This document shows, one piece after another, positions 1-10,809 of a DNA stretch of 64,000 bases. The position numbers and the translations under genes were made by a program. The notes under the pieces are model-generated. The model was not told where the DNA came from, ran no database searches, and saw only the letters and a program-made list of their open reading frames with translations. Within the stretch, counting starts at the first letter, position 1. Every line of letters begins with the position of its first letter. Where the stretch lies: positions 19,530,001-19,594,000 of the forward strand of contig JBHGNT010000009.1 in the NCBI GenBank assembly GCA_043228905.1, written 5' to 3'. The stretch is from Azolla caroliniana. Its lineage: Eukaryota > Plantae > Polypodiophyta.

Positions 1-235
1 ATTCATCATCCGGCTCCGTAGCCGGGGTCTTCATCATCCGGCACCGTAGCCGGGGTCTTCATCATCCGGCTCCGTAGCCGGGGTCTTCATCATCCGGCTC
101 CGTAGCCGGGGTCTTCATCATCCGGCACCGTAGCCGGGGTCTTCATCATCCGGCACCGTAACCGCAACCGGGCTTGCCGTCATTCATCTCCGGACATCCC
201 ATCCGGAGGGACCGAAATCCCAACAAACTCCCCCT

Positions 236-3200
236 TCACTTCGGCATGGGATGTCTCTCCAATCCGACCCTCTTCCGGCACGCTTCCAGCTTGTCGGGTG
301 TGAGCACTTTGGTCAGCATATCTGACCCGTTCTCTTCCGTGTGGATCTTCGTCAGCATGAACTCCTGGTCTTCTATCCTTTCCCGGATCCAGTGATATCT
401 TCGCTGGATGTGCTTCGTCCGGGAGTGATAGGCCGCGTTCTTCGCAAGGTGGATGGCACTCTGACTGTCGCAGTAGAGTCGGTACTCCTCTTGTCGGATA
501 CCGAGCTCTCTAATGAAGTCCTTCATCCATATTATTTCCTTGCCGGCTTCAACAGCCGCCATGTACTCCGCCTCCGTGGTTGACAACGCAACCGTCTTCT
601 GCAGCCTCGACTGCCACGAAACAGCTCCCCCTGCATACGTCATCACATACCCTGATGTGGACCGGCTGGTATCTGCATCAGCCGACATATCAGAATCAGT
701 AAAGCCGTCGAGTTCGGGCTTACCGGAGCCGAATCGGAGGCACACGTTTGCCGTGCCCTTCAGGTATCGGAGTATCCACTTGACCGCGTTCCAGTGCTCT
801 TTGCCGGGATTGCTCATGTACCGGCTCACAACTCCAACTGCATATCCTATGTCCGGTCTTGTACACACCATTGCGTACATTAAGCTTCCGACGGCAGAGG
901 CATATGGTACTTTCATCATGTCCTCCTTCTCAGCCTTTGTCTTGGGGCTTTGCTTGCTGGACAGCTTGCAGTTTGCCGGGAGGGTTGATCCGACCGGTCT
1001 TGCTTCCGACATGTTGAACCGTTGAAGCACCTTTGTCACGTACTTCTCCTGTGACAGCCACAACTGCTTCTTGCTCCGGTCCCGGATGATGTGCATCCCT
1101 AGTATTTGTCTCGCCGGACCCAAGTCCTTCATTGAGAAGGTTCGGTGAAGAGCCTTCTTCAGCATCCGTATCTTGACCTGGTCCCGTCCGACGATCAACA
1201 TGTCGTCCACGTACAGGAGGAGTATTAGAAAGTCTCCTCCTTCGAATTTCTTCACAAACACGCAGTGATCGGACTGCGTTTTGTGGTACCCTTCGTCGGT
1301 CATGAAGGAGTCGAACTTCCGGTACCATTGCCGGGGAGCCTGCTTCAGTCCGTAAAGGCTCTTCTTCAACCGGCATACCAGGTGCTCCTTCCCTTTCTTC
1401 TCGAAACCTTCCGGTTGCTGCATGTAGATCTCTTCTTCGAGGTCACCGTGAAGGAATGCCGTCTTCACGTCCATCTGTTCTACCTCGAGGTCCATGCTTG
1501 CCGCTATGCTCAGCACCGTCCGGATGGAGGTCATCTTCACTACCGGGGCAAATATCTCGTCGAAGTCGACGCCCTTCTTCTGCTGAAACCCCTTCACCAC
1601 GATCCTGGCTTTGTATCTCGGGGGGTTTCCGGCATCTCCCGGTTTCAGCTTGAACACCCACTTGTTTCGAAGTGCCCGCTTTCCTTTCGGCAATTCCATA
1701 AGTTCATATGTGTGGTTCTCATGCAGGGAATCCATCTCGTCCTGCATGGCACTCAACCACCTGCGGCTCTGGGTGTCGTGCTTTGCTTCTTCAAAGCTCT
1801 CCGGCTCCCCCTCGTCGGTTAGCAGCACGTGCTCTGGTTCCGGAAATCTCCGGGGGGCCCTTCTCTCTCTTAGAGGATATCTCCGTTCCGGAGCTTCGGT
1901 AACCGGTTCTTCCGATTCTTCTTCTTCCGAATCTATTTCGGGATCGGGGCCGGTTCCGGTATCGTTTTCATCTTCTTCGGCCGGTTCTGTTTCTTCACCG
2001 TCTTCGGCCGGATCCTCGAGTGCTAACCGGTCCCTTGCCGGTCGGGACTGCTCCTCGTAGAGTTTATCCTCACCGGTCGACTTGGGGCTCTTCATCTTCT
2101 TCTCCGACTCCCAGTCGGCGAGTGTCTTGTCCTCCATGAAGATGATATCTCGACTCCTGAATATCTTCTTGTCGACCGGGTCCCATACTCGGTAGCCGAA
2201 CTCGTCGTCGCCGTATCCGAGGAATATGCATGGCCGGGTCTTTGGATCTAGCTTTCCTCTCCGGTCCTTTGCCACATGCACGTATGCGAGACACCCGAAC
2301 ACCTTCAGATGCCGGTAGGACACTTCCTTACCGGTCCACACTTTCTGCGGCGTGTCTCCGTCCAAAGGTACTGAGGGTGATCTGTTTATCACGTATGTCG
2401 CCGTCGACATTGCCTCAGCCCAAAACCCCTTGGGTAATTTCGCATGCGCCAGCATACTCCGGACCCTCTCCATTATGGTCCGGTTCATCCTCTCGGCCAG
2501 CCCGTTTAGTTCCGGCGTCTTCGGCACAGTAAACTCGAGCCGGATTCCCTTCGAGCGACAGTACTCCTGGAACTGCCCCCGGTATTCCCCTCCGTTATCC
2601 GCTCGTATCGCTTTCAGCTTCTTGCCGGATTCTCTTTCCACTCTCGCGTGGAGTTCTTTGAAGACGGACAACACTTGGTCCTTTGTCTTCATCGGTGCCG
2701 TCCACAGTCTTCGGCTATGATCATCTATGAATGTTACGAAGTACTGGGCTCCGCCATGTGACTTCGTTTCTACCTGACACACATCGGTGTGCACCAACTC
2801 CAATGGTGCGCTACGTCTCGTCGGTGGCCTTGAGTGGAAGGAGGTTCGGTTCTGCTTACCGGCCAGGCAATCGGTGCACTTTTCCAGGTGCACATGCTTC
2901 ACTGGGATAAGGTTGTCTTCTGCAAGCCTCTTCATCCCCTTCTCACTCATGTGGCACAGTCTTTTGTGCCACAGCTCACCGGCAGTGTCGGCTGCCACAT
3001 TCAGCTCTTCCGGACATAGCCGGGAGTTCATCAGGTACAGTGTGTTGACCTTCCGGGCCCGAGCCACTATCAGGCTCCCCTTGCTGAACTTCATGACACC
3101 GTTCCGGATGCTACCCGTGTAGCCTTCATCATCTAGCCTCCCGGCCGAGATCAGGTTCAATCGGACCTCCGGAACGTGTCGCACATCCTTCAGCAGCATC

Positions 3201-4309
3201 TTGCATCCGGTTGATGTCATCAGCCACACGTCTCCTATGCCGGCAATCCGGCATGTGCCTTCATTTCCCATCCGGACACAGCCATGCTCACCGGCTGTGT
3301 AGGATGAGAAGTATTTCTTCTCCGGGGTCAGGTGGAACGACGCTCCGGAATCGACCACCCAGGTCATCTCTACACCGGCAAGGTTCAGCTCCCTCTCTTC
3401 GGTAATGAGCATTATCTCTTCTTCACTTGCCGCGAGTGCCGTCGTTCCTTTCCGGTCCTGCCCTTGCCGATCCGGACCTCTCCGGTCCGTGGCTCCCCGG
3501 TATGCACCGTTTCTCTCCGGTGACTTCTTCGAATCGGTGTCGTCGGCTCCGTTGTCCTTTCGGTAATGCCGACAATTCTTCCGGAAGTGCCCCGGCTTCC
3601 CACAGTGGAAGCATGTGGGCCTTCCTCTTGACTGCGACCGGGTCCCCGACTTCTCCCGTCTTTGCGGACTCCGGTTCCATTGTCTTCCCCGATCCGATTC
3701 GGTAAGCAGCGCCTTCGAGTCGGAGGCCGGTTCTTTATCTCTCCGACGCGCTTCTTCGTTCAAAATGCTTGTCTTTACCGTTTGTAGAGACAAGTTATCT
3801 TCGGTGCAGGAGGTGCTGAGAGTCACCACCAAGTTCTCCCAGCTTTCCGGCAATGTACACATCAGAATGATGGCTTGCATTGCATCCTCCAACGGGAACT
3901 TGATCGCCGCAAGCTGGTTCACGAATCCCATGAACGTGCTCACGTGTTCCACCATATTCTCGCCGTCCCGGTACTTGAGGTTCACTATCTTCCTCATCAG
4001 GGAGGTCCGGTTCAACGCATTCTTCCTCTCGTAGAGGCCCGACAGCTTCTTCCACATCTCATATGCGTTGGTGTCGTTCGCCACATGTTGTAGGACGCTT
4101 ACATCGACATATTGCCGAATCGTCGCTACGACTTTCCGGTTCAGGAGCTTCCACTCCGACTCTATTACTCCCTTGGGTATCTCGGCATTGTCGATCGGTT
4201 CGTACAGGTCTCGGACGATGAGAAGGTCTTCCATCTTTATCTTCCAGTCGGCGTAGTTCTGTGAGTTCAACACCATCATGCCCGGAGGCCCACTACCGCC
4301 GCCTTCCAT
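236..4309 (-). CDS. Copia Gag-Pol polyprotein (Gag with CCHC knuckle, protease, GAG-pre-integrase, integrase, RT, RNase H), ~1357 aa
   Basis: CFHCGKPGHFRKNC; WVVDSGAS; WHKRLCH/CTDC; VHTDV..RADNGGEY..NGLAERMN; QMDVKTAFLHG, LYGLKQAPRQW, YVDD; DSD..STTEAEY..CDSQSA..RTKHI. First ATG after the PBS is at 4309. Confidence 0.96.
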   Translation of the reverse strand: MEGGGSGPPGMMVLNSQNYADWKIKMEDLLIVRDLYEPIDNAEIPKGVIESEWKLLNRKVVATIRQYVDVSVLQHVANDTNAYEMWKKLSGLYERKNALNRTSLMRKIVNLKYRDGENMVEHVSTFMGFVNQLAAIKFPLEDAMQAIILMCTLPESWENLVVTLSTSCTEDNLSLQTVKTSILNEEARRRDKEPASDSKALLTESDRGRQWNRSPQRREKSGTRSQSRGRPTCFHCGKPGHFRKNCRHYRKDNGADDTDSKKSPERNGAYRGATDRRGPDRQGQDRKGTTALAASEEEIMLITEERELNLAGVEMTWVVDSGASFHLTPEKKYFSSYTAGEHGCVRMGNEGTCRIAGIGDVWLMTSTGCKMLLKDVRHVPEVRLNLISAGRLDDEGYTGSIRNGVMKFSKGSLIVARARKVNTLYLMNSRLCPEELNVAADTAGELWHKRLCHMSEKGMKRLAEDNLIPVKHVHLEKCTDCLAGKQNRTSFHSRPPTRRSAPLELVHTDVCQVETKSHGGAQYFVTFIDDHSRRLWTAPMKTKDQVLSVFKELHARVERESGKKLKAIRADNGGEYRGQFQEYCRSKGIRLEFTVPKTPELNGLAERMNRTIMERVRSMLAHAKLPKGFWAEAMSTATYVINRSPSVPLDGDTPQKVWTGKEVSYRHLKVFGCLAYVHVAKDRRGKLDPKTRPCIFLGYGDDEFGYRVWDPVDKKIFRSRDIIFMEDKTLADWESEKKMKSPKSTGEDKLYEEQSRPARDRLALEDPAEDGEETEPAEEDENDTGTGPDPEIDSEEEESEEPVTEAPERRYPLRERRAPRRFPEPEHVLLTDEGEPESFEEAKHDTQSRRWLSAMQDEMDSLHENHTYELMELPKGKRALRNKWVFKLKPGDAGNPPRYKARIVVKGFQQKKGVDFDEIFAPVVKMTSIRTVLSIAASMDLEVEQMDVKTAFLHGDLEEEIYMQQPEGFEKKGKEHLVCRLKKSLYGLKQAPRQWYRKFDSFMTDEGYHKTQSDHCVFVKKFEGGDFLILLLYVDDMLIVGRDQVKIRMLKKALHRTFSMKDLGPARQILGMHIIRDRSKKQLWLSQEKYVTKVLQRFNMSEARPVGSTLPANCKLSSKQSPKTKAEKEDMMKVPYASAVGSLMYAMVCTRPDIGYAVGVVSRYMSNPGKEHWNAVKWILRYLKGTANVCLRFGSGKPELDGFTDSDMSADADTSRSTSGYVMTYAGGAVSWQSRLQKTVALSTTEAEYMAAVEAGKEIIWMKDFIRELGIRQEEYRLYCDSQSAIHLAKNAAYHSRTKHIQRRYHWIRERIEDQEFMLTKIHTEENGSDMLTKVLTPDKLEACRKRVGLERHPMPK

Positions 4310-4340
4310 TTTCTGTGTTACCGTCGCTCTGATACCAGTT

Positions 4341-5073
4341 TGTTGAAAAAGGGGTGCTCGGCCACAACCGAGGAATGGGATCAACTCACAATAAAACAGG
4401 AAATACAAAATGCACAAAACAATAGAGAGAAAGGTACACTGGATGTTTTACGTGGAAAACCCTAAATGGGAAAAACCACGGGAGTCCTCAAACTCCAACT
4501 ATCACTATGAACAGGGATGTACACTGGTGAAGCTACAAGGCAACAACCTTGAGCTCACTGTCTTCGCCACAGGCGGCGGCAATACACAGAGGCAACGACC
4601 TCTTCGTCTCTCTCTCTCTCTCTCTCTCGGCTGCTCTCACTTCGCATGAAAATTAAGCAACAACAAAAACTGTTTGCCCTAAGTCATATTTATACACATA
4701 TGACTTTCGGGCTATTTACAAATATAGCCTCAAGGGCTCTTGGCAAACATATTCACAAATATGTCCCCGCATCCGGATCTCCCTCCGGGTACATTCGTCA
4801 TCCGGCTCCGTAACCGGGGTCTTCAGCATCCGGCTCCGTAGCCGGGGTATTCATCATCCGGCTCCGTAGCCGGGGTCTTCATCATCCGGCACCGTAGCCG
4901 GGGTCTTCATCATCCGGCTCCGTAGCCGGGGTCTTCATCATCCGGCTCCGTAGCCGGGGTCTTCATCATCCGGCACCGTAGCCGGGGTCTTCATCATCTG
5001 GCACCGTAACCGCAACCGGGCTTGCCGTCATTCATCTCCGGACATCCCATCCGGAGGGACCGAAATCCCAACA
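4341..5073 (-). repeat. 5' LTR (733 bp) of the Copia element
   Basis: TGTTG...CAACA termini, adjacent to the PBS, matches 1-225. Confidence 0.93.
4795..5012. repeat. ~8 copies of a 28-bp tandem repeat (catcatccggctccgtagccggggtctt) in LTR U3; same array at 1-165
   Basis: 28-bp period read directly (units start at 4, 32, 60, 88, 116, 144 in the 3' LTR). Confidence 0.93.
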
Positions 5074-6284
5074 CTTTCGTGGTATACTTTGGAGTTGACC
5101 ATGACTTCCTTGTTGCACACACTAGCTTCAACCCTTGCTTCCTTACCGCCACCGTCCTTCTCTTGGGTCTTACATCGGTTAATGCCCAAGTCTCTCGAAC
5201 GAGTGTGGAGGGATCCATATGTTTTCATAGTTTGTCTTTGTCGTGCTACCCTTAGCCGCTTCCACCTTATGGTTGTCCGCATTGGCTTTGACCTTTGTTT
5301 CTTTGCCGCCACCTTCGGTCTCTTGGGTCTTACATCAGTTAATGCCCAAGTCTCAAGAACCTTTGTGGGGAAAGTCTCTTCATGATCGTTGTCTACCCTC
5401 TTCGGCTTGACATCTCCATCTTCTTCGCACATATTATCTTCGGCCTTCACTTCCTTGCCACCACCTTCCGTCTCTTGGATCTCACGTTTGCTTTCCGACA
5501 CATTTGCCCAAGTCTCTGGAACAAGTGTGGAGAAAGTCTTGACACGGCCATCCGCCATTGACTCGTCCATAGCCACCTCTGACTCGATGTCATTTTTCGT
5601 GGCTATCTCCTCAATCATGTCGGCCTCACACTTTTTATTTCCCTTGATCATGGAAGCTTTGCTCATGCTTGCACCTTCATCACTTGATGTTTCAGACACG
5701 ATGCGTGTTCCAAAACATTTGTCTTTGCTTGAAGTGGCATTCGCCACCCTCGATTCATTTGTTTCATTCTTCATCATTGTTTCTTTGCAAGACGAGAAGG
5801 CATCTTGTTCCAAATCTTCTCTTGTGGTGTTGTCGTACCGAACTTGGGTCTTCGTATTGGTCATATCATGACTCCACCTTTGTTGGGAGGTCTCTTCTTC
5901 CTTGATAACAATTTTAATCGGTTTTGGTTCCATTATAAGATTCTCTTTGGCCTCGACTTGCACCTTTAATTTCTCATATGCCTCGTTTATGAAGGCCTCT
6001 ATGTCGAGTAACATCGAACCTTCCCTCTTCAAGCTCTCTTCTTTAGGTGGTAGTTTGTTGTTGCTTCCTCGATCGATCGATTTCACAAACATTAGGACTT
6101 TATCTTCCCCCACCAATCTTTGATTCTGCTCTGAGAGTTGTGTAAAGTGACACTCGAACTCAATGAAAGCATGCATGGCACTTTGGTGGGTCTTTAATGA
6201 TGATACCCATTGGCCGAACTCGTATAGGTTGCATCGCTTCGGCTCTTTGTATCTATATGCCTCCATAAGATATCCTCCTACCAC
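5074..6284 (-). pseudogene. Degenerate Gag-like ORF with low-complexity E/K-rich repeats
   Basis: Lies directly after the PBS; contains internal ETWALTDVRPKR-type repeats; runs into the Copia LTR. Confidence 0.5.
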
Positions 6285-6752
6285 CTTGTTTCACGTGGGG
6301 TTCACCAAAGATGCCGCGAAAATACGACGAGGATACATGAACTTGAGGTAGGACCCCGGGGCCTTCGACTGGAGGATATCACATTCGTGCTTTTATATTT
6401 TTAACAATTAACGGAAAGAAGAAATTTAATAATTTTTCATTAGCAAAGGAAAAGAAATTACAAGATATCCCAAGATTGGGATTCAGAAGTTTAGGTTTAC
6501 TAAGTTTAATAGAAAAGCAAAATTAGGGGTTTTGAGAGATATGGCTTCCGTAGAGAAATTAAGATTAGGTTATACGAGAGATATGGCTTCCGTAGGGAAA
6601 ATTAATATTAGGTTATACGAGAGATATGACTTCCGTAGGGAAAATTAGCATTAGGTTATATGAGAGATATGGCTTCCGTAAGGAAAATTAGGGTTTATGA
6701 GTGTTATGGCTCCGTGAGATAAGGGAACCGAGAAGGAAAAGAAAAAAATATT
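5074..6752 (-). mobile_element. 5' part of a Gypsy-type LTR element (partial 5' LTR 6312-~6752, tRNA-Trp-like PBS, decayed gag-like ORF), interrupted by the Copia at 5073
   Basis: Minus strand: ...CGCGGCA-tctt-TGGTGAACCCCACGTGAA (6307-6290) resembles the complement of the plant tRNA-Trp 3' end. An ORF starts right after it at 6284. Confidence 0.7.
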
Positions 6753-7162
6753 GGAGAGCCATAACACTCATAAACCCTAATTTTCCTTACGGAAGCCATA
6801 TCTCTTGTATAACCTAATGCTAATTTTCCCTACAGAAGCCATATCTCTCGTATAACCTAATCTTAATATTCCCTACGGAAGCTATATCTCTCGTATAACC
6901 TAATCTTAATTTCCCTACAAAAGCCATATCTCTCAAAACCCCTAATTTTGCTTTTCTATTAAACTTAGTAAACCTAAACTTCTGAATCCCAATCTTGGGA
7001 CATCTTGTAATTTCTTTTCCTTTGCTAATGAAAAATTATTAAATTTCTTCTTTCCGTTAATTGTTAAAAATATAAAAGCACGAATGTGATATCCTCTAGT
7101 CGGAGGCCCCGGGGTCCTACCTCAAGTTCACGTATCCTCGTCATATTTTCGCGACATCTTTG
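6306..7162. repeat. Long inverted repeat: ~400-bp arms (6306-6712 / 6756-7162), 43-bp spacer, arms contain ~42-bp tandem repeats
   Basis: aaagatgccgcgaaaatacgacgagg... is the reverse complement of ...cctcgtcatattttcgcgacatcttt, with near identity along the arms. Confidence 0.92.
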
Positions 7163-8016
7163 TGGGAAAGCAAACCGGAACCGGCTAGAAAGCAAACCGG
7201 AACCGACCGGAAAGCAAACCGGAGCCGGCTGGAAAGCAATCCGAAACCAGCCGGTAAGCAAACCAGAACCGGTTGGTAAACAAATCGGAACCGGCGAAAT
7301 CGACAATCAGATGGTGTCAAAAACCAGGCGGATCCGACAACCGGTGACCAGACGGAACCGGTGATCGGTCGGAATCGGCGACCAGACGAGCCTAGACGCG
7401 GACCGGACGGATTGGATGAGCGACAATCGAGACAAACAAATGATAGGATGATGTGGCTAATTAAAGTAAAGTAAAGAAAACTAAAGTAAAGGTCATGTGG
7501 ATGGTCGTATGCAACTAAAAGAAAAAGCCATGCAACTAAAAATAGATGCAACTAAAAGTGGACATGCAAAGTAACATTGAAGGCTATGATCAACGGAGAA
7601 CTCCATATAAAATTCCATTTTTTTCCTACACACATTCTCTCTCCATTTTATTTTTCTTTTCCTTCTTAGCTCCCTTATCTTATCGAAGCCATATCTCTCA
7701 TAAACCCTAATTTTCCCTATGGAAGCCATATCTCTCAAAATCTAAAATCTCTTATCAAAGCCAAAAACCCTAAATTTCTATTGAATCCATATTTAGTTTC
7801 TTCTAATCTATTATTCTAGTAATCTCCATAAGCTAAACTTTTGTAATCTCAATCTTGGGATTAATTGTAATCTTTCTTTCTATTTGTTAATGAAATTTGT
7901 CAATCTTTCTTATTTCCATTAATTGTTTAATATAAACATACGAATCTGATATCCTCTGGTCAGAGGCCCCGGGGTCCTGCTTCAAGTTCACGTATCCTCG
8001 TCGTATTTTCGCGACA
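7161..8016 (+). repeat. Full-length LTR (~856 bp) of the same tRNA-Trp-primed family, with ~22-bp gaaagcaaaccggaaccgg repeats in U3
   Basis: TGTGGG...TTTTCGCGACA; 3' half homologous to the palindrome arms; TATATAAA near 7606. No matching TSD seen. Confidence 0.75.
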
Positions 8017-8310
8017 TCGCTCAACACGGTTGGATGCAAGATATAGAAAAATGGTTTGGTAGATGGGATGCAAGACACTTGCTTCATGATGCATCACTAG
8101 ATTGCTCTGTAAATGAGGCCTTTTTGCAACGCCAATGTACCATGACATGGGACAAATGTGGAGGCTCACGCTTCACACATTATACTACACATGTTTCACC
8201 TAACTACAAAACCATATTCTTCGCGAAACGGGAAAAGCATACACATCGACACATGTTAGAGCCCATCCCGTTATTTGCCATTTGAACCATTGCTTCCATG
8301 CGACGTAGCT

Positions 8311-8608
8311 TGTTACCCCGTACGAGATGTACGGAGAGTCAAGTGTGATGAGCGAGGGTCGAATGTTATCATGATGTTGTTGTGTATGTGTAGGGGGCAT
8401 AAATGTAATTGTGAGTCTATATGTATGTGAACACATGCACACGTGTGTGCATGTGGATGGATACGAGGAGGTGTGAGTGAGTGTCCAGTGTGAATGCTCG
8501 AGGGGGCTTACACCCCTATGAATCTACCCCCTCTGGTACTATTTAACCCCTTATGGGGAATGAATGAAACATGAATAATCATTTTCTCTCTTAATCTCTC
8601 TCTCTCTG

Positions 8609-8640
<32 letters not shown>

Positions 8641-8841
8641 CCCCTCAACGTTGAATCCCCTTGGGAGGGGGGTGGAGCCATTCTAGGCATCACCCCCCAC
8701 CCCGCAATGCTTCTCTATGCTTCTCAATGCACATGATCTCTCTCGCCATCAATCCCATACTCTCCATCATCATCATAACCACCATGTCTATCTTTATCAT
8801 GATTATCATCGTCCTTAACCCTAACCCTAAAACCTACAACA
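8311..8841 (+). mobile_element. Solo LTR (531 bp), same family as the 61061 and 63927 LTRs
   Basis: TGTTACC...TACAACA, perfect TSD TAGCT (8306-8310 / 8842-8846). Confidence 0.92.
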
Positions 8842-9179
8842 TAGCTTGCATGCATTGCGATGTGAGACGGGGCGTTAGGGCACAAGTGATGAGAGTGGCC
8901 GGCTATGCACACTTTGATACAATGCTCTGCCTTTGATCATATTCGACCATGTTTTCCACATCCCTTCGACCGAGCCCAATCCATGCACGGATTTCTCTCA
9001 CAACCACAATGTGCACTCTCGATTGCAATATTCATTGGTAAAGTTCTTGAACATCGAGAGTCGCTACTCACTTTCACACGTATCACGTGAAATGTAATAT
9101 TTTTGGTCTCATAGGTCATATTTGACCTCCGAAGACGATAATATAATCTATCTATCTATCTATCTATCTATCCTTCTAT

Positions 9180-9360
9180 AAAAGTAAGTTCATAATGAAA
9201 AAATTACAAGAGAGCTTATGGACAAGTTATCTTTAGAAAACAACATAGCACCATTGATCACCTTTGTCACCCTTTGAATATGATTGAAAGAAGTTGTTTG
9301 AGAGGTAAGGGTTTATATCGTTGCTTCCTAGACTTCAAGAAAGATATTGATATGGTATAG
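9180..9360 (+). mobile_element. Short LINE RT remnant
   Basis: Homologous to 10940-11085 (..ttatggacaag..catagcaccattgatcacc..gacttcaagaaag). Confidence 0.55.
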
Positions 9361-9739
9361 ATACAGGTGCGGTCTATATAAACCGACAGAGTTCTACATC
9401 AATGTCAATATCATTGAGCCGGTTTATATAGAGTGAGTAGGGTTTATATAAACCGCCTTTGAAGTAGAGTGATTATGGTTTAGCTAATTAGCTATTGACC
9501 TTAATCATTCTTTGGCTCAATTGAAAGATATGGAGGAAAGAGTTTAGAGATCTAGTGCAATCTTATGTGAAAGAAAAGAACCACGAAGGAAGAAGAGCTA
9601 CTAAAATAATCAAATAGTGACTTTTATAGCTTTTTACAATGAGATTTGGCTCCTTAACATTAGGGTGGCGATTTGGCTACAAGCATTTTTTTGAGATTTA
9701 CTCTTACCCCCCATTTTGTAGTGTCTTCTTGAGCTTTAT

Positions 9740-10198
9740 TGTTGAGAATCAAGCTCAACCTAGTGCAACGTGTGAACACACGCTTTGAGAATCTATGATC
9801 AGTCAAAAGTCAAGAGTCACACCACTACTCTCTACACATTAACTATGTGTCATAGAATCATATTCTATGACACATAACTAATGAGTTCCATATTCCCCAT
9901 GACTATGAGTCTTCACATTCCCCAAGAGAGAGTTGTTGTTGTAGTGAGTTAATGAAGAGAGAGGGTGACCTTATATAAAGCACCCTTCTCCTACTTCATA
10001 CTAAGTTAGTTGTGACTCCTTGTAATGCTACATTTTGTATTTGCTATTCTACTTGTGAATATACACCTTCTTCTTGAGTACGTCATTTTCAATCGTCTAT
10101 CTATCTTGTGCTTCTCTTCTCTCCTCTCTTCTCTCACACATACACACACATAACACACATCTCTTCCGCTGCACAAGAATCATATCTGATTCTTTACA
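9740..10198 (+). mobile_element. Copia solo LTR (459 bp), same family as the 11324-29374 element, opposite orientation
   Basis: TGTTGAGAATC...TCTTTACA, TSD TTTAT on both sides; reverse-complement homology to the LTR at 23107. Confidence 0.9.
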
Positions 10199-10809
10199 TT
10201 TATGTATAGTCTTGGTGCCAATCTTCATGAGCTTTATGAAATTGGTCTCATGAAAGACAAACAATCTTCAATGTATAAAGGTTGAAATGCTCAAATGGAC
10301 GGGAAGGGAAACACATGTATGGATAAGCGACATGTTTAATGATGCATTGCAACATCGTATGTTGTATGATTGGACTACAAATTAGATCAAACCTATAAAT
10401 GTTAACGTGTGGAAGCTTGTAGACACAACCGGTTCTGACGGACAGCAACAAAAAACAGAATGAAGGTTTAATGGAAAGCTTCAAAATACACAGAGAATAC
10501 ACGAACGAGGCAGAGAGAGCAGAACACACAAAACTATATTCAAAATCCTCTATGGACTCTGTAAATCGAATGTGCTCAAAGATCACTTTTATACAAGTCC
10601 TTAAAAGGACTGACAAGTAGTTCAATGCTCATAACTGAGCTCTGACACTAACTCTTAAAACTATGTCTATCTACTAGGTTAAGTTCATAGGCCTCTAATA
10701 GAATAGCCTACCGGTTACACACTGATCCGGCTCCTGGTTCCGGATGTCGATCCGGTTGTGGCTTATTCAACTGATCCAGATCATGTTGAGCTTGTTCGGT
10801 CAGCGAAAC

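Larger units (their letters stand above)
1..5073 (-). mobile_element. Intact Ty1/Copia LTR retrotransposon (Tnt1/Tork-like); 3' LTR runs off the window
   Basis: 5' LTR 4341-5073 (TG...CA), tRNA-iMet PBS TGGTATCAGAGC (4337-4326), uninterrupted gag-pol ORF, PPT AAGGGGGAG next to 3' LTR 1-225. The shared 225 bp of the LTRs differ at one position by eye (151 vs 4999). Confidence 0.96.

Noticed and set aside
1-165. CRISPR-like 28-bp repeats
   Set aside because: Head-to-tail with no unique spacers, inside a eukaryotic LTR, and no cas genes.
513-4256. Many plus-strand ORFs antisense to the Copia pol
   Set aside because: Expected shadow ORFs in GC-rich coding DNA.
4310-4417. N-terminal ORF extensions through the PBS into U5 (also 20868-20990)
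   Set aside because: No Gag-like character; most simply a chance absence of stops upstream of the true ATG.
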